A DNA stretch of 29,253 nucleotides, from the NCBI GenBank assembly GCA_050178385.1, contig JBFXGD010000028.1, forward strand, positions 1 to 29,253. The letters run 5' to 3'. Positions 1 through 9,036 of the stretch are shown here, in pieces. This DNA is from Calditrichaceae bacterium. GTDB lineage: Bacteria; Calditrichota; Calditrichia; Calditrichales; JBFXGD01. A model generated the notes under the pieces. The model ran no database searches. It was given only the letters and a program-made list of their open reading frames with translations, and was not told where the DNA came from. A program made the position numbers and the translations under genes. Positions within the stretch are counted from its first letter, which is position 1, and each line of letters opens with the position of its first letter.

Positions 1-97
1 TTTTTTACTGTTAGTTAATTTCACGCTGTTTTTTAGCTATTTCATTCCTGAGCTAACCCTGATTTGAGTTGTTATTTTGAAATTCTATTTGAATTTA

Positions 98-2191
98 TTA
101 TATTATCTTTTCGACCTTTGGTTGGTTCTTCTCAAATTCCTGCAGCTGCCGGGTGTATTTCTTTAACTGATCATGACGACCTATGATGGTTGTCTGTTTT
201 TTTGAAACTGAACCGCCGGATATTTCTCTGTTAAAATTTACCATTTCTCCGGATGAAGTGGCCAGTCTAAGATTTGGATACTTTTCAGATAAAATCAGCG
301 CTTCATTAAAATTGTCTACGACAGCCACATCCCCAAGAAGAATTTTTATCAGATGACGGTACTTATCATCTGTAACGATTAAATCTGAGAGCAGGGTTAG
401 GGAATTGAGGTCCTCCGGAAGTTCAGGAATTTTAATAAAACTTGTTCGATTCAGAGGAATACAAGTAATTCTGCCTTTATCTGATTCGCGGACGAGTTGT
501 ATCATTTTTTTTGCGGAATCTATATCTTCAACTAAAATATAATTAAGCGCCTCTCCCAGAACCAGTTCAACGAGCTGCGCATAATTTTCATCAACCGATA
601 TAAGTTCGGCCAGAGGGCCATGGATCCCTTTGATCTGGTCTTTCTGTGTCATCACAAATTGCGTGCTTTTTGAATGACCTTCATAATTGGCGATAATATG
701 CTGAAAAAAAGATTGGCGTGAGCGAACTTTCTCTGTTTCTACATGTAAAGTTTGCCGCTCTGTTTCGGCAGATTTTGATTTTTCCTGTAGCTGATTTGAT
801 TTTACATTGAGATCTTGAAGCTTATCGTTAAGTTCTTTAAGCCTCATTTCGGAAGTTTGTCTGTCTTTCCGGTAATTATTGAGTTCTGCTTCCTTCGTTT
901 TTAACGCTTCCGATCTGGACGCGATATTTTCGTCAATTGTGGTAACCTGTTCAGTGAGAAATCCCAGCTGATATTCTTTTTGTTTGAGAACTTCCTTCAT
1001 GTTTGACAATGACTGAAGCTGTAATCTGAATTCGCTGTTAAGTTTATCGATATCAGCTTTTTCCTTTTGCAGTTTTTCTAATTCCTTCAGTCGTTCACTC
1101 TCAATCTCGGAGTAATTGCGGTCAATGATTTCTTTTTGTGAAACAAGCTGGTCCAATTCATTCTGATATTGAACTACATTTTCTTCAAGAAGAACAATTT
1201 TATTCTCATAATCTTCAATTTCGACTTTATAGCGATCTCTCGTTTTTGTGTTTTCTTCAGCTTTGGTTTTAGCGACAGCATCAGCCTGGTTAATTCTTGC
1301 AATTTCAGCGTCTAATTCATGAATGGATGTATTTATTTTTTGTAATGCCTGCTCGGTTTTTATCTGTTCACGTTTATAATCTTCAAGTAACGCTTCATCC
1401 ATTGTGATTTGATGCGAACTTTCTTCCTTCAGCTTACTCGCTTCTTTAAGCTGAACTTCAAGAGGTCTTATGCTTTCCAGTAAGCGGTGATATCTTAGTC
1501 GGGAGAGATCAACTTCGCATTTTTTAAGTTCTTCATTAAGACTTAAATACCTTCTTGCCTTCGCGACCTGACGAGACAGCGAACTTACGGTTTTATCCAC
1601 CTCAGTTATTATATCATTAATACGGGTCAAATCGATTCGGGTGGCATCCAGCTTTTTTAACGCGGATTTTCTTCTGACTTTGTACTTTACAACACCGGCG
1701 GCTTCTTCGAACAACTGACGGCGTTCCTGCTTGTTTTCACTAAGAATACTTTCAACCATCTTTAGTTCAATTACTGAATAAGAGTTCGCGCCCATCCCGG
1801 TATCCATAAATAGATCAAGCACGTCTTTAAGTCGCACCGGCGTTTTATTTATAAGATATTGGCTTTCTCCTGAGCGATACAGGCGTCTTGAAATAACGAC
1901 TTCGTGAAATTCAGTGTCAAGAATATTTTTATTGTTTTGGATGGTCATCGAGACTTCAGTCATTCCAACAGGTTTTCTGGTCTTCGTACCGTTGAAAATC
2001 ACATTTTCCATCTTATCGCTTCTAAGAGAGCTGACACGCTGTTCACCTAAAACCCATCGAATCGCATCAACAATATTTGACTTACCGGAACCGTTGGGGC
2101 CGATGACACAGGTCAGGCCCCCGCTAAACTCAAGTTTTGTCTTTTGAGCAAATGATTTAAAACCAAGAATGTCCAATTTCGATAAATACAT
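98..2191 (-). CDS. smc: Chromosome segregation protein SMC, N-terminal ~700 aa (head N-lobe, coiled coil, hinge); frame interrupted by stops at the window edge, so probably partial
   Basis: N-terminal GFKSF, Walker A GPNGSGKSN, LRSDKMENVIFNG, RRLYRSGESQY, FEEAAG, long coiled coil, then hinge (GIHGPLAELI...ALNYILV...GRITCIPL...LLGDVAVV...ISGG). The C-terminal signature/Walker B lobe is absent; canonical SMC is ~1150-1200 aa. Confidence 0.95.
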   Translation of the reverse strand: MYLSKLDILGFKSFAQKTKLEFSGGLTCVIGPNGSGKSNIVDAIRWVLGEQRVSSLRSDKMENVIFNGTKTRKPVGMTEVSMTIQNNKNILDTEFHEVVISRRLYRSGESQYLINKTPVRLKDVLDLFMDTGMGANSYSVIELKMVESILSENKQERRQLFEEAAGVVKYKVRRKSALKKLDATRIDLTRINDIITEVDKTVSSLSRQVAKARRYLSLNEELKKCEVDLSRLRYHRLLESIRPLEVQLKEASKLKEESSHQITMDEALLEDYKREQIKTEQALQKINTSIHELDAEIARINQADAVAKTKAEENTKTRDRYKVEIEDYENKIVLLEENVVQYQNELDQLVSQKEIIDRNYSEIESERLKELEKLQKEKADIDKLNSEFRLQLQSLSNMKEVLKQKEYQLGFLTEQVTTIDENIASRSEALKTKEAELNNYRKDRQTSEMRLKELNDKLQDLNVKSNQLQEKSKSAETERQTLHVETEKVRSRQSFFQHIIANYEGHSKSTQFVMTQKDQIKGIHGPLAELISVDENYAQLVELVLGEALNYILVEDIDSAKKMIQLVRESDKGRITCIPLNRTSFIKIPELPEDLNSLTLLSDLIVTDDKYRHLIKILLGDVAVVDNFNEALILSEKYPNLRLATSSGEMVNFNREISGGSVSKKQTTIIGRHDQLKKYTRQLQEFEKNQPKVEKII

Positions 2192-2212
2192 AATTTTCCG
2201 AGTATTTTATAG

Positions 2213-4756
2213 TTATAATAAATTCTGAGCATTAAATATCAGCTTAAGATATTCATATAAATACGGCTCAGGCTTGAATAAAATCCAGAAGATAAGGAAA
2301 GGTACACAATAAGACAAGAGCAGCAACATTAAAATTATACTTGTCCTGGCTCTGAATAATACCTGAATGCCGTTGATTATTCGGGCATGCGCCCATAAAA
2401 TAAAAAACAGAAACAGATAGATCATGTAAGTACGAAGGCCGCCGGCAGACAGAAGTTGGTACATGGCAAGGCTCAATGGTAAAAGGAATATAAAAGGCGC
2501 GCCGGACCAGAATCCAATTGCGACTCCCTGTCTGAATCGCATTTTTTCTGCTGAAAAGAAACTGAATACTCGTAACAAAACACTGATTATAAAAGGATAA
2601 CTGTAAAAGATTAAAAAGAAAACGAGAACAGTCTTCCCGGGAGATATACTCATTTTTAGAAAGGTCTCATATAAATCCAGAGGTCCGAGTAGGTGACTGG
2701 CGGCTTCCTGAAATGTATAGGAGCCATGATAATAATTGATCACAGAACTTACAAAAACAGACAGCAGGACAGATGAATAAGCCCCGACCAGAAAAGAACT
2801 GTAAAGTGGAATGATTCTTCTCTCCCGCATATCTACAAAAAAACCGTATGGATGTCTCAAAGAACGTTTTAGATTTTCTCTAAGTCTCACTCTCTGTCTA
2901 TATATCAGTAAAAACAAAACGGTAGCAATAAATGTGATGAGAGAGAAAAAATTTGTTTTTTTTGTGACCGGTTTTTCCGGTAGAAGATTTATGTGTTCAG
3001 AATCCCAGATATTCCCGGCTGATTTATTGATCCAGGTTTTTGCCTTTCGATCGTATGTGAGCATTCCTGTCCGTATGACGAGATGATCCGGATTGTTTAT
3101 GGTGTTATGGTTTGGAAAACCGCTTTTCCAGTCGACAAAACTATCTAAAAAGCCTCCCTTTAAACCCAGTTGATTCATCGCCATCTGAATTTCGCCGCTT
3201 ATCAAGCCATAATTTTTGATCGGATCTGTTCCATTTTTGTCACTCTCAGTTCTGTTGGACAGATCAATTCCGATTTTCCCGGCGTATAAATATGGAAAAT
3301 TTAATCTCTCATTTCCCGATGACCCGTTTAGAATTGATTTGTAAGTATCATACATGTAAAAATCCGCGGCATTTTCGGGAGGAAGCGGATAGCCGGAGAT
3401 GGGCGATATGTAACTTAAAACATCCATTTTTGTTCTTACGCTTCCACTCAAAATGAGCATAAATTTTTGAGCTGCCGATTCATGAACGGGAATCTCCTGG
3501 CCGATTCCGAGTGCAACAAGGGAAGGAGATTCGGTACTGTATAATCCAAGACTTTGTATCGTTGATTTTGAAGTCTCCAGAAGATAGTCATTCTGGTACA
3601 GGGGCAGTGGATATCGCCATATAGGTATTTCAGCGAATACAAGCAGACCTAATGAGTCAGCGATATGAATCGCAGTAAAATCAGGCAGATAGTGCGGAAA
3701 GCGAACAGCATTGAATTGAAGTGATTTAATTTTTGAAAGATCAGAAACCAGGGTCCCGAAATAATCTTTTGATTTTAAACTTTCAAGGTTTTCATAGTAA
3801 CTCACACCTTTAATCACAACAGGCTGATTATTGAGAAAAAAATTATTCTCCTGAATCTGTACAGATCTTAACCCGAATCGGAGTGTATCTTCAATTATTG
3901 TATCATAACCGTTTTTTACTGAAATGATCATACTCAGTTTTTTTGGATTTTGAGGTGACCAAAGATATTCATCCGGTACCTGGGCATCACCTTGAATTAG
4001 TTGTTTCTCCGGGTCTAGCCCTGTTCGTCGCTGGAATAATTTTACGCCCGACGGAGAGAATATCTGTTCATCTACCTGAAATCGTTTTGCATTGAAAGCC
4101 TTAAGATCAGATTCATTTGTGAGAAATAAATTGACCTGATAGCTGTATCCAAAGCCAACCGCGGGTTTGAAAGTTTTAACTTTCACGTTTGCATTGCTTA
4201 TCCTGTTTTTGCTCTCAACTGATAAATACAATGGCCTTACAATTCCCGTGAGCCCGGGTTCATCGAATATATTTACAAAAGACGGGAAACCGAATTCCGG
4301 GGTCGCTGAACCCGACAAAGTTATTATTAGTTGATTTTTAACCCCCTTATTCAGAATGTCAGAAGGGATTTTAACAGAGAATGGAGCTGAATTGTTGATT
4401 TGATTATGAATAATTTTTCCGTTTAGTATAAACTGTCCGGATCCTTTGATACCGTTGCTTTTTAGAAAGATTTCAGAATTACCTGCATCAAATGCGACAT
4501 TGAAATCACATCTCAATTTAATTTGATCCGTCGAACTGGAATAAAAGGGGAGACTCAGTGACGTCCATTCACCGGTTGGGGATTGGATCTGCCAGTTATC
4601 CTGGCGGTAAAGCGGCACAATTCTGCCGTTTGATAAATATGCAGCTGATTTACCCCAATTAAGATAATGCAAATGATTTGTCTGTTCAGTTGCCGCTAAA
4701 AAAGCAGGCATAAAAACGACAATAAAAGTCATCAGAATCAGTTTGATGTTCTGCAT
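2213..4756 (-). CDS. Exported glycoside hydrolase family 2-fold protein (TIM barrel) fused to a C-terminal multi-pass membrane, Yip1-like domain; possibly catalytically inactive
   Basis: Signal peptide; LWSPQNPKKL, FGLRSVQI...FFLNNQPVVIKGV, NAVRFPHY, ADSLGLLVFAE, PSLVALGIGQE and GMLTYDRKAK match GH2 (beta-glucuronidase/galactosidase) motifs. About 6 hydrophobic helices in the last ~245 aa, with Yip1-like HPYGFF and FWSGAPF. Confidence 0.8.
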   Translation of the reverse strand: MQNIKLILMTFIVVFMPAFLAATEQTNHLHYLNWGKSAAYLSNGRIVPLYRQDNWQIQSPTGEWTSLSLPFYSSSTDQIKLRCDFNVAFDAGNSEIFLKSNGIKGSGQFILNGKIIHNQINNSAPFSVKIPSDILNKGVKNQLIITLSGSATPEFGFPSFVNIFDEPGLTGIVRPLYLSVESKNRISNANVKVKTFKPAVGFGYSYQVNLFLTNESDLKAFNAKRFQVDEQIFSPSGVKLFQRRTGLDPEKQLIQGDAQVPDEYLWSPQNPKKLSMIISVKNGYDTIIEDTLRFGLRSVQIQENNFFLNNQPVVIKGVSYYENLESLKSKDYFGTLVSDLSKIKSLQFNAVRFPHYLPDFTAIHIADSLGLLVFAEIPIWRYPLPLYQNDYLLETSKSTIQSLGLYSTESPSLVALGIGQEIPVHESAAQKFMLILSGSVRTKMDVLSYISPISGYPLPPENAADFYMYDTYKSILNGSSGNERLNFPYLYAGKIGIDLSNRTESDKNGTDPIKNYGLISGEIQMAMNQLGLKGGFLDSFVDWKSGFPNHNTINNPDHLVIRTGMLTYDRKAKTWINKSAGNIWDSEHINLLPEKPVTKKTNFFSLITFIATVLFLLIYRQRVRLRENLKRSLRHPYGFFVDMRERRIIPLYSSFLVGAYSSVLLSVFVSSVINYYHGSYTFQEAASHLLGPLDLYETFLKMSISPGKTVLVFFLIFYSYPFIISVLLRVFSFFSAEKMRFRQGVAIGFWSGAPFIFLLPLSLAMYQLLSAGGLRTYMIYLFLFFILWAHARIINGIQVLFRARTSIILMLLLLSYCVPFLIFWILFKPEPYLYEYLKLIFNAQNLL

Positions 4757-4806
4757 GGATGAACAATTCCCGGTATGTTTAGAGTATTAATATAATAATT
4801 TTCTGT

Positions 4807-5517
4807 TTACATCAATGTGAGTGCATCTCTCACGGCCTGCTCAAATCCAATAGCGAGGGCTTTTGTAAAGATTGGCCTCCCGACCACAATATCTTCAATG
4901 TAATTGATTTCTGAGATATCCCGCAGATTATCATATCCAATTCCACCAGAAATATTAACTCCAAGACCAAGTTTTCCGGAGGCTAGAACCAGTCCGGTTA
5001 AATTTTCAATCGCCTGGATTTCGCGGCCCATGTCGTCAGCATCAGTAAGCGCGTTTGCTTTTAGCTCCACGTAATCGAACTCTAATTTGCCGGCTATTTT
5101 TACCTGACTGATATCAGGATCAACCAAAACGGAGCTTAGAATGTTATTTGAACGTAATTCAGTAACATATTTCTCAAGTTGGGATGCGTAGGTATCAAGA
5201 TTTATAGCATCCGCTTCGACGGAAGAAATATCTCCGGGGGCAACAAATGTGATCATATCCGGTTTAATCCTGATAAGTTTGCGGATATTTTCCTCGGTAA
5301 GATTTGTCCGCACGTTCAGGTAAGATTTTACTATCTGCCTGAACAACATAATATCACGTTCATTCACTGTCTTCAGATCATCACGCAGATAACAGACAAT
5401 GCTCTCTGCGCCGCCTAATTCCGCCAGAATCAATGCCTGAATTGGATCAGGTTCATTGCCTCCAAGAAGATTTCGTACATAAGCGACCGGATCAATATCA
5501 AGAGCTAATCGACGCAT
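4807..5517 (-). CDS. PdxJ (pyridoxine 5'-phosphate synthase)-family protein with a degenerate active site, 236 aa
   Basis: Colinear with PdxJ over its full length (LALDIDPVAYVRN, EPDPIQA, YLRDD...ERD, LVDPD, YVEL, LGLGVN, GFEQAV). Start placed at ATG 5517 (MRRL) behind GGAGG at 5522-5526. Symbol withheld because the catalytic residues are replaced. Confidence 0.85.
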   Translation of the reverse strand: MRRLALDIDPVAYVRNLLGGNEPDPIQALILAELGGAESIVCYLRDDLKTVNERDIMLFRQIVKSYLNVRTNLTEENIRKLIRIKPDMITFVAPGDISSVEADAINLDTYASQLEKYVTELRSNNILSSVLVDPDISQVKIAGKLEFDYVELKANALTDADDMGREIQAIENLTGLVLASGKLGLGVNISGGIGYDNLRDISEINYIEDIVVGRPIFTKALAIGFEQAVRDALTLM

Positions 5518-5565
5518 TTTGCCTCCATAATAATTCAAAAAAACTGCTATTTCTTTCAGGGAAAG

Positions 5566-6096
5566 TCAGAATGTGGACAGATCTTCCCATCGGGTTATCT
5601 TCCAGATACCGGAACTTTTTTTTGCAAAATTAAACAGCGCCTCACCGTTAATAGGGGGGATTTCAACGCCGCCGTTCAAGGTTAGCTGAAATGTCCTTTT
5701 TATCTCAGCTTCTGTACTATCCTGAAAATAATACTGAAAAATTGTTCCACCCCAGACAAGATTTATATTTTGGAAATGTCTGAAAAGCCCGACTGTTGTC
5801 CGGATATCAACATCCCGTCCCCAGGTTAAATCAGTTACAGGATCGGTTGCGTAATTCTTTGAAATGAATAAAAAACTACTGTCGAGCAGATCAGAATAAA
5901 CCAGTGAATCTTTAAAATTATAAGCATAACTAAAATTAGTCAAGACCTCATCAGGGTTTTGTTGATCTGTTATGATCAGGCTGGATGAGTATTTACCGCT
6001 TTTAATCTCCGGCGCGAATGGATTCACACATCCGTATAAGGAAATGAATAAAAGGATTACGGCAATGCTCCGGGTACTGGTGTTTTGCCTTTCCAT
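5566..6096 (-). CDS. Hypothetical lipoprotein, possibly NTF2/SnoaL-like fold
   Basis: Hydrophobic N-terminus with lipobox LYG-C; C-VNPF; helix PDEVLTNFSYAYNFKD followed by beta-strands ending WKITRWED. Start is 1 nt after the upstream stop. Confidence 0.75.
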   Translation of the reverse strand: MERQNTSTRSIAVILLFISLYGCVNPFAPEIKSGKYSSSLIITDQQNPDEVLTNFSYAYNFKDSLVYSDLLDSSFLFISKNYATDPVTDLTWGRDVDIRTTVGLFRHFQNINLVWGGTIFQYYFQDSTEAEIKRTFQLTLNGGVEIPPINGEALFNFAKKSSGIWKITRWEDLSTF

Positions 6097-6097
6097 C

Positions 6098-6727
6098 CTA
6101 ATTACTGCTCCAGCGGTAATAGCTTTTCAGAAATGACCATGTTTTATCGTAATTTTCATCAAGCGCGAAATCAGACCAGAAGTAGATATACCAGTAATCC
6201 AGAGTTGTCCGCGAACGGAGTAGTTTGAATTTGGCGCGTCCCTGATATACAGACACTGAATCTCCAAAATTAATTTCAAGGGTATATCTGAAATAATTAC
6301 TCTCAACAGAATCATCAATCGCAGACGCGTTTATTGCCGTTAATGACACTGAATCAGCATAGTTAAATTTAATTACAGGGTAATTGACTTTTCCTGTTTG
6401 CAGAAGATTTATAAAATAATTACCTTCATCCTCAAAAGTCCAGACCGGGACAAAATAGTCAAACAGATTTTTTTCAGGTTCAAAATGAAACGGAGTTATG
6501 TTCTGCATATTAGAGTTCGTAAAATTTTCCAGATATTTTTGAACATTTTTCTGTTCAATCGCCCTGGCGAAGTTTGTTAAAACAATTCTTGGAGAAGTAG
6601 GCGCGTCGAATACGGCGGTCAGTGATTGATTGTCTGGTGATTCCGGACTCCTGACATCGAATGGATTTGTGCATCCCGTAATTAGCAGAATTATTAAAAA
6701 ATAATATTTGATTTTTATGCCTGTCAT
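6098..6727 (-). CDS. Hypothetical lipoprotein, related to the downstream lipoprotein
   Basis: Lipobox ITG-C; C-TNPF; PRIVLTNFARAIEQKN; terminal WYIYFWSD. ATG 6727 preferred over TTG 6745, but the start is uncertain. Confidence 0.75.
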   Translation of the reverse strand: MTGIKIKYYFLIILLITGCTNPFDVRSPESPDNQSLTAVFDAPTSPRIVLTNFARAIEQKNVQKYLENFTNSNMQNITPFHFEPEKNLFDYFVPVWTFEDEGNYFINLLQTGKVNYPVIKFNYADSVSLTAINASAIDDSVESNYFRYTLEINFGDSVSVYQGRAKFKLLRSRTTLDYWYIYFWSDFALDENYDKTWSFLKSYYRWSSN

Positions 6728-6898
6728 TAGCGTTGGTTGTCTCAAATAATGTCAAAAAATTTACTCTTAATTTTAAGGAATTAAACCTAAAAAAGCTAAT
6801 GATAATCATGGATAATTTGTTTTTTAAAAAATTTAAATTTAATTTTAAAAATTATTTCAGATCATATATATTAAGACTAATTTTTAACATCCGGCTAA

Positions 6899-8926
<2,028 letters not shown>

Positions 8927-8934
8927 CTTTTTAA

Positions 8935-8963
8935 TTGACTTTAAATGTATGTAAAACTAAATT
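8935..8963 (+). promoter_or_regulatory. Putative sigma70-type promoter for secD-secF-STAS
   Basis: TTGACT (8935-8940), 17 nt spacer, TAAATT (8958-8963) in the ligA-secD spacer. Confidence 0.55.
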
Positions 8964-9036
8964 ATATGTCTTTTAAAATGACTAAAATTATTAAATCATA
9001 TTATTTTCAGGAATTACCGGGAGGAAGGTGCATTTA

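Noticed and set aside
1..100. Stop-codon reassignment (TAA/TAG read as amino acids) explaining the smc read-through
   Set aside because: TAA and TAG end well-defined genes elsewhere in the window (ligA, secD, purA, TolB-like) and no other gene has internal stops.
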